A DNA stretch of 62,682 bases, filler included, from Globobulimina sp. (GCA_003354225.1; 26 parts of 26 records of this genome joined end to end with filler, not necessarily neighbours in it); one strand, 5' to 3'; numbered from the whole stretch's first letter, positions 1 through 12,080 are shown. Made by a program: numbers and translations. Notes: generated by a model not told the origin, from the sequence alone.

Positions 1-753
1 CTCGGCGCCTAAACTTGCACTGCCTTTCCACATAAACTCTAAATTCTGTTTTGTTTGTTGTATATAATTAAATTAAATTAAATCAAATCGGAGGAGTATA
101 CAGTAAATTAAATCGAAACTTGCTCTTCTTTTCGTTTCTCTAAATCCAAATAATTGATTCTGTGCACACCAAATGCATCAAAGCCAGATTGTGCCCACAT
201 TCCGCCGGTGACCCAACTATGGCGATATAACTGCCAACTATGGCACTCCTGAATATGCATGCTAACAACGACAGCATGCTCGAACTGAGGTAGTGTTTTT
301 TTTTTTAAAACAGTGAAAGAGAAAAAATGAAGAGATTGCAAAAAAAAACATATTAATTTAACAAAAGTATGCAAATTAATAAAATGAGCCAGACACATAT
401 TCCAATGCTAATTGTTTACATATTGTATTCTCGATGAATGTATTTATTACAATATGGTCGAATACACAAACAATTTTTTCAACAAATCCACACTATTTGG
501 AGTACAGAAATTCACTGCTTAATGCTTGCAATTTTGGATATGTTATATAACTTATATTTGGTGACATTTTTGCATCATAATTATAAACTGTTAATGATTC
601 TATTTCATTATGTAATGCTTCAATAATATTACCTAAAAACATTCGATTTTGGCCAGAAACGAATAATATTAATCGTTTTACAAATGGAAACCATTTTTTT
701 ATTTCAGTTTTTTCAATTAAATTGGAACTATTACCATACTTAATTTGTTGCAG

Positions 754-1398
754 TCAAGGTCCAACGTTTGAATTTGTGTAAATTGTAAGTTTGATACTAA
801 AGCTTGAACTAATTTTGGTGTAAAAAAATGAAGGAGTAATGTTGTAATTAATTAATAATAATGTTTCATTGTAATTGCTATTAAATACTTGCAATGTATG
901 CAATGAATTATTATTAGACCATGTTTGCTTATTTGCTGCTGATAACTCATTGAAACGATCGGTTGAAATTGATAATTTTCCAATATTTTTAAATGCATTA
1001 AAATGCGCAGATTTAGGGTCAAACCTTTTAAATGCATTCAGATCTAATTCCTGTATTTTAGGAAATGCAAAACATGCAATATAGGTTTTTCTGTTGCATT
1101 TCGCCAATCGATAATATTCCTTATAATGTAAATACGATCCACATTCACTAATTAGTTCTGATGGCAATGCATCGATACAATCATAAGATAATATTTGTTG
1201 ATTTTCTTCTCTTTTTGTGATAATTCCGGATTGAATGTCTGTAATTGTTGCTATTTGGCTGGGATTACTGTTTAAATGATTGAATAATAATTTTGTGATT
1301 AATTCTCTTCCAACAGATTTAGTAAATTGATTAAAAAATTCATCATCGGTCAATTGCGTGTCCAAATGTCGAAATCTAATCAAAGGAAGCAAAGACAT
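754..1398 (-). CDS. F-box-like protein; 3' part appears frameshifted (possible pseudogene)
   Basis: ATG at 1398 (MSLLPLIR). F-box-like motif CIDALPSELISECGSYLHYKEYYRLAKCNRKTYIAC. Coding-like text continues in other frames below ~840 (KKWFPFVKRLILFVSGQNRMFLGNIIEALHNEIESL). Confidence 0.6.
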   Translation of the reverse strand: MSLLPLIRFRHLDTQLTDDEFFNQFTKSVGRELITKLLFNHLNSNPSQIATITDIQSGIITKREENQQILSYDCIDALPSELISECGSYLHYKEYYRLAKCNRKTYIACFAFPKIQELDLNAFKRFDPKSAHFNAFKNIGKLSISTDRFNELSAANKQTWSNNNSLHTLQVFNSNYNETLLLINYNITPSFFYTKISSSFSIKLTIYTNSNVGP

Positions 1399-1441
1399 GT
1401 TCACTTTGCGAGAAAAAAAGTAAAAACTCTTGCTAGCAATA

Positions 1442-2178
1442 ATGAAAGCAATCACTGGCTTGCTGGTGATGTTTATCTGTGGAAAAGTTGATACATATCT
1501 CGATAAAGTTGAGATTCAAGTACTTAATGAACTTTACAATGAGTGTAACGGATGTTGTTGGTCACCATGTACATGGAACATGTCAATGATAAATGATACA
1601 GATCCTAACAATTATGTCACTAATCAATGTGGGCTATATTTTGGCAATTCGCCCAAAAGTGATTCTAATTCAGCTCAATATGTTACGCACATTGAGGTCA
1701 GGATTTGTTCATACATAACTTATCCGGAACCATTCCATATTCAATTGGAAATCTTTCCGGTTTACGTAGATTTGATATGTGGTATACTGATTTATACGGA
1801 TCAATTCCTGACACATTTTGTCATTTCTACGATTTGAGATGGTTTGTAATTATTGGCTCTAATTTGAGTGGAGCTATTCCAGAATGTCTGTTTGCTATGC
1901 CATTCATGACCAGATTTGGTGTAAATACTGTGCCATTTTTATCATTGAATTCAACGAATATTGAACGGCTTTGTAAAAACAACAGTTTCCTCAACTTTTT
2001 ACAAATAACAGGCGCCAATTATTCAGGATCCATCCCAGAGTGCATTGGAGATTATTTACACACAAACTTAAAGTTATTGGAATTTTCTAATATGAGCCAA
2101 CAATACAACATTTGTTTTCATTTTTATTTTTATTTTATTATCAATATTCGACACGAAAATTTTGTATTTTTAATCTAA
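1442..2178 (+). pseudogene. Secreted/receptor-like LRR protein (LxGxIP-type LRRs) split by a frameshift near 1697-1702
   Basis: Signal-like MKAITGLLVMFICG and a Cys/Trp N-cap (LNELYNECNGCCW) in one frame. Repeats NLSGTIP, LYGSIP, LSGAIP and YSGSIP lie in the next frame. Confidence 0.7.
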
Positions 2179-2316
2179 AAAGCAATTTGATATTGTAAAA
2201 AAGATGAAATAACGTAATAAGCAATACTATCATGACAAAAATGCCTGCCGACCCCTAGTTTTTTTCTTAAGATATTTTATTTCCAAAACAATATAGTGAT
2301 GTCAACATCATGATGC

Positions 2317-2416
2317 NNNNNNNNNNNNNNNNNNNNNNNNNNNNNNNNNNNNNNNNNNNNTTAATTAATTAANNNNNNNNNNNNNNNNNNNNNNNNNNNN
2401 NNNNNNNNNNNNNNNN
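2317..2416. other. Artificial contig spacer (44 N + TTAATTAATTAA + 44 N); first of 25, recurring every ~2.41 kb (last at 60270-60369)
   Basis: The same 100-bp block recurs 25 times. TTAATTAATTAA gives stops in all six frames. Intervening segments shrink monotonically from 2316 to 2313 bp. Confidence 0.99.
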
Positions 2417-4643
2417 TTTAATATTGTTTGGAATCCATGTCACAAAGTCGTCATTTAATTTCTGTTGGATTTTAGCAATTTCGTCATCCACTTCTTGCGT
2501 TGCAATGCTCCCTCGATATCCACACGAAGCAGTCAAATATTTGCCATCTTCGGATTTAATTTTACTTAAAAAATTCCTGTTTGACCACATTTGATCCGTC
2601 AATTCTTGCACCGTCAATTTAACCTTTTCGCTTTGTCCCGGAGCAAATAACGGCGAATGAGCCATTAAAAAGAAGTGCAACCTCGGAAAGGGCACCAAAT
2701 TCACGCCCATTTTCCTCAAATCTCCGTTCAATTTGCCACTAAATCTCAACGAAGCAGTCACACCGGACATAACCATCGAAATCACCCAATTCAAATCAGC
2801 ATATTTCGGCTCTTTCTGCTTTAAGATTTTATGCGAAATGCTAAACAATGCCTGGTTGTCAATCACAAATGTTTCATCTGAGTTTTCTAACAATTGGTTG
2901 ATTGCTAATGTCGCATTGTATGGTTCCACCACAACATCAGACACTTTCGGCGACGGATACACGCTGAAACTCGCCACTATGCGATCCGGATAATTGTCGC
3001 GAATCTTTAATAATAATAAGGTGCCTAACCCGGAGCCTGTACCGCCGCCGATACTGTGCATCAATTGGAAGCCTTGCGGACAATGACAGCCTTCAATCTC
3101 ACGGCGGACCATATCCACGGCCTCGTCGATCAACTCTGCGCCTTCGGTGTAATGCCCCTTTGCCCTGCCACAAAACCACACAATTAATTCTCATCAAACA
3201 ATATTTAAATGTACAAATTATACATACCAATTATTGCCAGTTCCGGCGGCGCCCGACAACATATTATCCGGTTTGAACAAAGAACCCATGGCCGATGACT
3301 TGATCCCGTCCATTATCGAAGGCTCCAAATCGATCAAACACGCCCTCGGCGTAAACCGCATAAACGACGCTTCCTGGAAATAAACACCAATTTTAGCTAA
3401 ACGCAATTCAGCGTCGCGTTGTTCAGGTTTGCCATAAAACTTTCCGCCTTCATCCAATTTATGTTCCTAATCACAGCAAATATATAATTATATATAGAAA
3501 ATATGGAATAAATTATACCTTAATCATGGTGCTCCAGAAGGTCTGTCCAATATTATTGCCACACTGTCCGACTTGAATATGAATGATCTCTCTCTGCGAC
3601 GCCATGGAGTCCAACATCACATATCCCGCACCACCACTTTTCAGCAAGTGCTCGTTGTCATCTTTTAAGCGGTCCACATCCACTGTTAACTGTTGATTTT
3701 GTTTATCAATTTGCGCCAACCGCTTCTTTAATTGTTGGATTTCTTTCTCATATTCCTCATTTTTATCCGCCCGTTGACTCAAATCCAACTCCAAACCTTG
3801 TATTCTCTCACTTTGTTCGTTAATTTCTTGTATGAGCTCGTCAGTATCTTCTTGTTTCTCCATTTCATTTTTAAAATCGTCAAAATCATCAACAAACTCA
3901 TCATCATCGTCGCCCATAATATTCATCACCGTCATCATCCGCGTCATTTGTCGCACCAATCTATTTTCATAAGCATCAATAAACCAATTCTGAGCCACCA
4001 AATTCTGAAACTCGAGGAAAGTAAGTTCGCCATCGCCATTTTCGTCAACCTCGGCGATGATGTCCTTGATCTCCTGCATGGATTTGCTTTGTCCAATTTT
4101 AGCCAAAGCGTGCTGCAGTTCGTCGGCATCGATGGTTCCACCGCCGTCTGCATCAAATTCGTCAAACACAGATTTCATTTCTTGCTGCGACATATTCACA
4201 CTCGCTTTGGCAGTGTCATCCAACCCCAAACTGTCCAAATCCACGCCGTCCAAATCATTGATAAGCATAGTTGTGGTGGACTGATGTCGCGAAATCATCC
4301 ACTTTTTGTCCTCGGCTTCAGCGTCGCTCATTTGTTTAGAAAGTTCGCTCATTCGATCCTGGATGGACAGCATTAACAAATCATGAGCATCGGCCTCGTC
4401 ATCACTGTCGCTGTCACTGTCATTGTCCTGCTTTACTTCTGCTGCGAATGAGACGGTTTTGGGCGAAACCTGCAATGCAGTGGTTGGAGCATCGCCGGTA
4501 TGTAAATGTTGAATGGTTTTATTCAATTCTTGGATATTAGTATTTTTATCGCCCAATTCTAATTTTAATTGTTCGATCAACTCATTCAATTCCTTGATAA
4601 TGGCGTCTTTATCTATCTTCACTTTGGCTTTTTGTGTATCGAC
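2417..4643 (-). CDS. Retarian type-2 beta-tubulin with in-frame N-terminal coiled-coil/EF-hand/coiled-coil extension; partial at both ends; exons 4643-3519, 3466-3228, 3164-2417
   Basis: Tubulin motifs REIIHIQVGQCGN, PRACLIDLEP, GNNWAKGHYTEGAEL, GGGTGSG, VVEPYNATL, DLRKMGVNLVPFPRLHFF, WIPNNIK. GT-AG introns 3467-3518 and 3165-3227 restore the frame. EF loops DADGGGTIDADE and DENGDGELTFLE lie upstream in the same ORF. An AG acceptor precedes 4643. Confidence 0.93.
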
Positions 4644-4832
4644 CTAAGTATCACATCATTAAATATGTAAAAAAAAAACGTGTTTTTAACATGTTTTATA
4701 AGGCTATATTTTGTTTTTGTGTCTCTGTTTTGNNNNNNNNNNNNNNNNNNNNNNNNNNNNNNNNNNNNNNNNNNNNTTAATTAATTAANNNNNNNNNNNN
4801 NNNNNNNNNNNNNNNNNNNNNNNNNNNNNNNN

Positions 4833-6026
4833 ACCTAACATTGTTCCAAGACTCACAAAATAAAACCAGAAATATTCCATTTCAGAGCTTGCATAAACTC
4901 CCAATAAGCCACAAACAATGGATAAGAACGAGGATGCGACCATAATCCAAATATATTTCGGTAATATTCGTTTGAGTAACAGTGGAATTGCAACATTAAC
5001 CACAGCAAAGCCAACAGCAAAGGACATGAGCATCGCAGTCGCATATAATATATCCACCTCATATCTATACAGCATAAACACCACAAAATACAGCGTTGCG
5101 AGTGCTTCAATGCACCACATTGCATTATTAATAATAATCGACAACAATAATAGTACATAATTATCCCTCTCATTGACCCAATAACCTTTCCAAAATTCAA
5201 TAAAATCAGCGACAACATTCTTTTTCTTGCCTTTCTCTTCAAAATTGTCGCATTCATTCCTCTCTTCGCTCAGCAAACACACCGGAAATTGCAGATCATT
5301 TTCGAGCTCACTAATCATAGCAACCGAACGTTGTTCATCCAGCAAATAATGGTAAGAGTTGCGTATAAACAGAACTGCAATGAGACAGCAAATACAATGA
5401 TAGACAGTGTCTACATAGTAAACACTTCTATAATTCGTATATTTTGCAATAACTGAACCAACGACTGGTCCTAACAGATATGCAATGGCACTGAGACTCC
5501 ACAATTGCCCGCACAATTTAACAGCATATTGGTGCGGTAACACTGATGGAATAAATGCAAATGCCACCGCTGTAGTTGGTGCCGAGCTGACAAATACTCC
5601 CAAAGCATACATCCAAAATGTAGTCGCTACAGATTTCAACATCAATCCTATGGTTGTCAGCAGCACAGTGACTACAAATAATGTGTCGTGAGCATACGTA
5701 TCCGTCATTGAAGTGAATACTAAACATGTGAAGCCATAATAAAGTTTAGCAATTGCCATCATAATGGCTATATCCGCAGTGCTAGCCGACGAAAACGACT
5801 GTACATACAGTATTTTAATTGGGTACAATATTCCGACCAAAAATGGTTCTGCCACAGTCACGAACATTATGATTTGTACTTTGGAAATGGTTTGGTTCAA
5901 TATTTGTTCATATTTTGTTTTCTGTTTCAATATTTGAATACGTTCAGCGTCCTTTTCATCATTATCTGTATCTATCGCATTTTCAGCAATAAATGGCACA
6001 TTTTCAGCATGGACGGCATCTAACAT
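4833..6026 (-). CDS. MFS transporter (MFS_1-like), 3' truncated
   Basis: About 10 hydrophobic helices in two bundles with a central loop; AYLLGPVVGSVIA resembles the MFS antiporter motif. Confidence 0.75.
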
Positions 6027-6068
6027 TTTGGCTGTGTTAGTAACTGTACTTCAAAAAAACTTCATCGA

Positions 6069-7148
6069 ATGGAAGCAATAATTTATTTACGAGATTGCAT
6101 CTTTGATGAAGGTTGCGACTGTGAAGAGAACATCGTCATTGATTTACAAAGACGAACATTATGGTTCGTTTCAGGCGACACAAAATCACACGAATTTGAT
6201 TTGGACGGCGACACTCCATTATTGTCCTCACGCAACACACCATACACCTTATACCAATTGTATTTATTCACCGCGTACTTAAAAGACAGAGATTGGGCGG
6301 ATTACATCATCGACGTAGGCATTGCCAAAGAAAACCCACTCAACGCTGGCCATGAAATACTATCCATTGCAGAATCAGCAGATGCAGACTGCGACGAATT
6401 ATACAATTATCTAAAAGCAAACATCCATATTCATAACGGACTGCATCTCGGCACTCCGCAGCCAAAACACTTCGCATTAAACAGCAAAAAACGCAAATTG
6501 AGCAACGAATTGACCGACGATATGAGCCAACCACCCAACAAAAAGCACAAAATCTCGCTGTCCAACACAAACAACCAACAGATGGACACCAATCATATCA
6601 TCCCCATAGACGTCGACAGCAACAATATATTCTCAGAAACGTACGATTTAACACTGTCCAATGTGGAGGAAAAGCCATTTTGGCAGTCGTTGCCTGATCC
6701 AATTCCAATCTGCGCCATGTCCAACAACGAGAGAATAAATTGGAAGGAAGATTATAGAGCAAGAATACGCGAATCAGCCACAAGGAACTCGATATTGAAC
6801 AGCTTAAACAACAAATCCTTCGGTGAGATCGCCAAGGAATTCCCGAAGATATCGCGCAGTTTACAGAAATTAATCCAATCGGGAGGCAGTAAGCAGATGA
6901 TCCGAATCAAGAAAAGCAAGGCGGAGAAGATCCGGCAATTACGGACAGAGTCACCGATCATCATCGTGCCGTACAGCAACAACTCGCTGCTGACCTTTAG
7001 TAATTGTTTGCCGTTCCTGCAGCACCACAAATATGTGCTAAATAACTCGCAGTCGCAAATGCATGTCGTCGGCAAGAAGAAGGGCGGGAGCTCTGCCACG
7101 AAGATTATGTTGCAATGCGCTGCCAGGCTTTGTCCTGACAGCCTCAAG
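6069..7148 (+). CDS. CDC73: Parafibromin/Cdc73 (Paf1 complex subunit), 3' truncated
   Basis: RESATRNSILNSLNNKSF and SPIIIVPYSNNSLLTFSNCLPFLQHHKYV match the Cdc73 C-domain pattern (R.R..IL....K.F; PIII.P....SL.T..N...FL...K.V). The N-terminal TPYTLYQLYLF...WADYI also fits. Confidence 0.8.
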
Positions 7149-7248
7149 NNNNNNNNNNNNNNNNNNNNNNNNNNNNNNNNNNNNNNNNNNNNTTAATTAA
7201 TTAANNNNNNNNNNNNNNNNNNNNNNNNNNNNNNNNNNNNNNNNNNNN

Positions 7249-8030
7249 CAAATTCATGAAAATAATAAGTATTTATCAGTGAACGGTGTTGGAGATTTCG
7301 CCAGATATTGTAACAACTGTACGATTGAAATGAATGGCGTCAACAATGTAACATTTGCTGGAAATAACAATAAGATCTCGTTAAATGGTGTAGGAAATGT
7401 GTTTATCACTGGAAACAATAATAAAATACAAGCAAATGGTACAAGTCTTACAATTGATTTATGTGGAAATAATAATGCAATGAATCTAAACGGAGTAAAT
7501 GTAAATGTGCACAACGACGGAGAGAGAAACAGTTTCGTAAACCACGGAATTAATAATACTGTCATGGCTGTCCCTAATTATCAGCGTCATATTGGAAATG
7601 CGCCAAACCATGTTGTTTATGATAACAATGTTAATGAAAATCTTCATCGTAATGACAATGGCAATGTAGCAAACCATGCAAACCATGCAAACCAAAATAA
7701 GGTTGTTATTGATGTTGATGATGATGATAAATCTAATAATGACATTATTAATCAATTACCAATGTGTGAGGCAACAGAATGTGAAGAAAAAGAGAAAAGA
7801 GAATGTAGGATTTGTATGGATGATTTTAAACAAAAAGAATCAATTTTGACTTTGCCGTGTTTCCATCGGTATGAAATATATTATATTTTTGCGGAACAAA
7901 CTTTTTGACTGATTGAGTTTTATTAAATTAAATCAACAGATTTCATTCAGAATGTATTCATAAATGGTTTCAACGCAGTGATGTTTGTCCAATTTGCCGT
8001 CATTCAATAAATCAAATTCATGAAATGTAA
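7249..8030 (+). CDS. RING-H2 E3 ligase with N-terminal Asn/Gly-rich repeats; 5' truncated; intron 7869-7939
   Basis: After splicing: CRICMDDF...LPCFHRFHSECIHKWFQRSDVCPICR (C3H2C3), stop TAA 8028-8030. N-terminal GNNN/NGV repeats. Confidence 0.88.
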
Positions 8031-8228
8031 TGTAATTTAATTGTTATTAAATTTGTTTGTTATTAAATTTTGCAGCATAGATTTTAATATAAAGTCATCA
8101 TTTTTGCCGATTCTTTATTATACTTTGTATTCACATGCAATTTGTTGACTTCTTTGTATTTCAGATAACAACCAAAAGGTTTGATGTTTGTATTTGTTAA
8201 TTAAGTGAAGTAGCACTTAAAAAGTAAA

Positions 8229-9005
8229 ATGGCAGAAGGTCAATTTGAATATACTTATAAATTGGAAGAAGAGGTGCTCGCATGGCTTCAAACCAATCGC
8301 TTAATGAAAATTAAAGATGTATTCGAGAAAGAACAAGTATCCATGGAAGATGTAAAGACAATGGATGCCAAATATATTGAAGGATGGATGGATGATTTAG
8401 GAATTACGCAAGCATTGCAACGCAATCGTTTTAAACAAGCTATAAATAAATTAAACAATGTTAACAAACCAGCTCCAACATCGACATCTAAAATCATTCA
8501 TATTGTTATGAGTCAACAAGAACAAGAATCGTGGACCAAATTAGACAAAAAAACTGAAGAAATTTCTACAAATATTTTACAAATCGAAAACGAAATAAAA
8601 AAATTAAAAGATATTTATCAAAAACAGAATAAAAAAATCGATGATAATTTTGAAGCAGTAATACAAGAAATTAATAAAAAACGATCAAAATTAAAACAAA
8701 ATTTAAAGAACGTCGTAACACAAAAACAGTGTATTCTTAAACAGCAAATTGAAACATTGTCCCTATGCCGTAATAATTTAATGCAATGTAAAAATGAGCA
8801 TGATCATATGCTAAAAAATAATTTAAATATGTTGGACAGAAAAGGCAAAGCAGTAAAACTTATTAATCAATGTTTGGGAAATAATCAATGTAATATTGAT
8901 GGAAAAGGCAATATAAATGTTCAATTGATTTGGAATAAAGAAGAAATTTATCAATTTATTAATAAAAAAATGGGTGTTATCAATTCTTTGACTGTTCCTT
9001 TGCCT
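8229..9005 (+). CDS. SAM-like domain plus coiled-coil protein, cut by a compositional junction at ~9005
   Basis: EVLAWLQTNRLMKIKDVFEKEQVSMEDV...MDDLGI...QRNRFKQAI is SAM-like, followed by a long heptad region. Confidence 0.55.
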
Positions 9006-9564
9006 GGCAGTGTTACCAGGTAAGTTTTTACGCCGGTGTCTTTGAAAGTCTCTTTCATAATTTCCCAGCTATGTTTTTCGACGAGTTCCTTGCATGAAGG
9101 CTGGAAAAACCGCTCTGATGTCTTGTTGGCCCGCACCAGCCTCTGCTCCTTGTCGAGCAGCCGAGATTGATCATCCTGGCGGATTTATCGAAATTATATG
9201 TACTGTAAATGGGATGCGGTAAAAGATCCTGGTCGGGTGCGGTGCCGCTTTCTTGACGCAGGTTCCTTCCGGACAGGGAAAAGCCCATAACAGCATTCAG
9301 AACTGCTGCTGGGAATAGGAGTCTCAGTTGCTTACCCGTCCTAGTCATAATAAAACCTTAGGTATCAGTAAGTGAAAGCTACTCAAGTTATGAAATATTG
9401 TCACACCAAAGCCAATTAATATAATTAATACTTCTTTAGGAAATATTCAACATTATTCAAATAAAAGTCAGGTTCTGGACCTGAAATATTCAAGTATTCA
9501 TTCAAAATTTCTTAAATGTGTTTTGAGGTCTGCGGCTGAAGATTTCTCAAGGTCCAGTCAACTT
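9006..9564 (-). other. Bacterial-looking, GC-richer segment with broken reading frames (PAS-like and periplasmic-protein-like pieces)
   Basis: Visible GC rise over ~9010-9350. Minus-strand pieces LLDKEQRLVRANKTSERFFQPSCKELVEKHSWEIM (PAS-like) and DLLPHPIYSTYNFDKSARMINLG lie in different frames. Confidence 0.5.
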
Positions 9565-9809
9565 NNNNNNNNNNNNNNNNNNNNNNNNNNNNNNNNNNNN
9601 NNNNNNNNTTAATTAATTAANNNNNNNNNNNNNNNNNNNNNNNNNNNNNNNNNNNNNNNNNNNNAAATCATAAATTCTATAATGTAGGATCACATTTTGC
9701 CTGGGAAATGTCGCCCAGACTTCTGTAGTCATACATTATGATCATTTGTATGATTCTTCCTCTTATAGGAGTTACCACTGTACCACAGCAAAAGACACTC
9801 TGAAAACAA

Positions 9810-10247
9810 CACAAAAACGATAAAATCGATTACGTTTGTGAATAATTAATTATGCACACATACCTCACGCAACAGACACAAATGCGACTCGCTCAAAATG
9901 ATCTGACGGACACAGAAACAGTCGGATTTTGTCGCTTTTGATTGGGTCATTTGCCTCAGTATTGCATAATATCGTTGACAATGGTGTCATTACATTGCAG
10001 TGTCCATATCAGATCACAAATCCTCCAAATCTGAGGCATATCACTCACAAAAACGATAAATCCGATTATTTTTGTGAATTATATGCACTCACATACCTCA
10101 CGCAACAGACACAAATGCGACTCCCTCAAAATGACCTGACAGACATGCACAGAAACAATCGGATTTGGTTGCTTTTGATTGGGTCATTTGCCTCAGCTAG
10201 TATTGCATAAATCGTTGGCAATGGTGTCATTACATTGCAGTGTCCAT
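9810..10247. repeat. Imperfect ~200-bp direct duplication (9810-10007 and 10047-10247)
   Basis: Shared blocks CACATACCTCACGCAACAGACACAAATGCGACTC, GCTTTTGATTGGGTCATTTGCCTCAG and CAATGGTGTCATTACATTGCAGTGTCCATA in both copies. Confidence 0.9.
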
Positions 10248-11396
10248 AATCATTCGATAGCAGACAAGACCGTATTGATATCATATGTAAAACGTAAATA
10301 GGTCACAAATTGAAGTCATTCAAACAAAAAAAACATAACAACAAACATGGTCACACAACTCGATGCCAATGATAAATGTGCATAAAATGTGCGTGTTCAG
10401 TGCAATATCTGCACTGGAAATGCACATTTTAACCATATTTACCATTGGATGAGTAGTTATGTTGTTATATTTATTTTTGTTTGAAGGTCCTCAATTAAGA
10501 ATCAGTGTCACAAAAAACAAAAAACATATCATTTCTTTGCATTTTTTTTCTTGTCCGCTTCAGCTGTCCTCAATTTCCTTCGTTGCGCTTTCGACATTCC
10601 ATTTGGTTATTTTGCTTGGTTTGGTTGATTTGATTTGACTGATTCCATTCGTGATTGCTTCTTTTCTTTCTCTTTCTTAGTCTTAGATGGACTCGACCTC
10701 ACTTTGATATCCATCAGAATCGTCACTATATTCACTCTGTCCTTGATATTCTTATTCATTTTCAAATCATAAATTCTCCGCATCAATGCCAATCATCCAA
10801 ATATTATTCATTTCTTTGCCGTTCATATACGGCGTGATTTTATAGAAATCTGAGCGTTTGTCGGCAGGGTTTGGCTCACCAATGTAAGCAACTATATAAA
10901 CAGCAAATAAAAATAACCAATTTGTTGGATAATATGTAGGAAAGATTGCTTTTGAACGGGAAAGGGAACATAAAAAGTAAAATTCATAATAACACAGCTG
11001 TCAAGTTAACTACGAACCGCTGATTGGGACCAAGCAACCGCTGGAGGAACATTGGTGACAGTGTAGCGCCCCAATGCCCCCTGCCAACTTGGGAACTCGG
11101 TCTTGTCAATGTATGTGTGTTGGTAAACCCAATCAGAGTCCACAATTAATTTGAATGAAGGGAATCAAAGAAAATAAGAAAGAAATCAAACAGAAAAATG
11201 CGGAGAATAAACAGAAAGAGATCCTTGCACTTGTTTGGGACCCAATGACTGATGCAAGTCGCAAAGCAGTCGATGATACAAAACTAGAGAAGACTGATGC
11301 ACGTCACAAAGCAGTCTGTAAGAGAATAGAAACTCTGAAACTGATGCAAGTCACAAACAGTTGAGAAGATTGCGAAAATGCGTAGATAAAATACGT

Positions 11397-11567
11397 AACA
11401 GTTTCAAATAAAATTGCCCTTTTTCGCCTAGACTGCTCTCTCCCAACAGTTTCAATAAAATTGCCCTTTTTGCCGAGACTACCCTCTCCCAACAGTTTCA
11501 AATAAAATTTCGCCTTTGTCGCCGTGGTGGGAGTCACTGCCCTCTCCCAACAGTTTCAAACAAAATT
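11397..11567. repeat. Minisatellite, ~46-58-bp unit, 4 cores
   Basis: Core AACAGTTTCAA(A)TAAAATT (one variant CAAAATT) starts at 11397, 11445, 11491 and 11549; three copies are preceded by CTCTCCC. Confidence 0.85.
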
Positions 11568-11646
11568 ATAAACGTTTCTAAAACTAGTTTGTGTGCAAGG
11601 ATACAAAAAATATAAACAAAACAGAAACTTTTGGAGGCGTCGTCAG

Positions 11647-11815
11647 GAATTGTGTCTGTGCCACACAGACGGGATTGAGCTCCTTTGTGGAAGGTTTCTT
11701 GGGCAGTAATTGTGGCTGTGACACGGAGGGATTGAGCTCGTTTGTGGCGGGTTTCTTGGGCAGTAATTGTGGCTGTGGCACAGAGAGGAGATTCAGCTCG
11801 TTTGTGGATGGTTGT
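11647..11815. repeat. Minisatellite, ~57-60-bp unit x3
   Basis: Unit AATTGTGGCTGTG...GATTGAGCTCGTTTGTGG..GGTTTCTTGGGCAGT. The minus strand reads TNELN..V.QPQLLPKKP three times. Confidence 0.85.
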
Positions 11816-12080
11816 GCTCTTTCCACCCACATAAAAAAAAATACATAAGAACTATTTATCTACATTTGCAATTGTTTCAAAATCATATTTGAGCATCCAT
11901 ATCGACTGAATGTCTGCGTGAAAACCACCAAAATGAGTTAAAATGGGCGAACAAGTACGAGGTCAATGCCTCGTCGTCTCNNNNNNNNNNNNNNNNNNNN
12001 NNNNNNNNNNNNNNNNNNNNNNNNTTAATTAATTAANNNNNNNNNNNNNNNNNNNNNNNNNNNNNNNNNNNNNNNNNNNN

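Noticed and set aside
1697-1701. GTCAG as a 5-nt GT-AG micro-intron that would repair the LRR frame
   Set aside because: Far too short for spliceosomal removal; a simple indel explains the frameshift.
3732-4376. 214-aa plus-strand ORF and other antisense ORFs (e.g. 59295-59795, 28935-29510, 53620-53970)
   Set aside because: Shadows of well-supported genes on the opposite strand, with no motifs of their own.
11397-11815. Short repeat arrays as CRISPR
   Set aside because: The sequences between cores resemble each other, units are degenerate, no cas genes are present and the context is eukaryotic; these are minisatellites.
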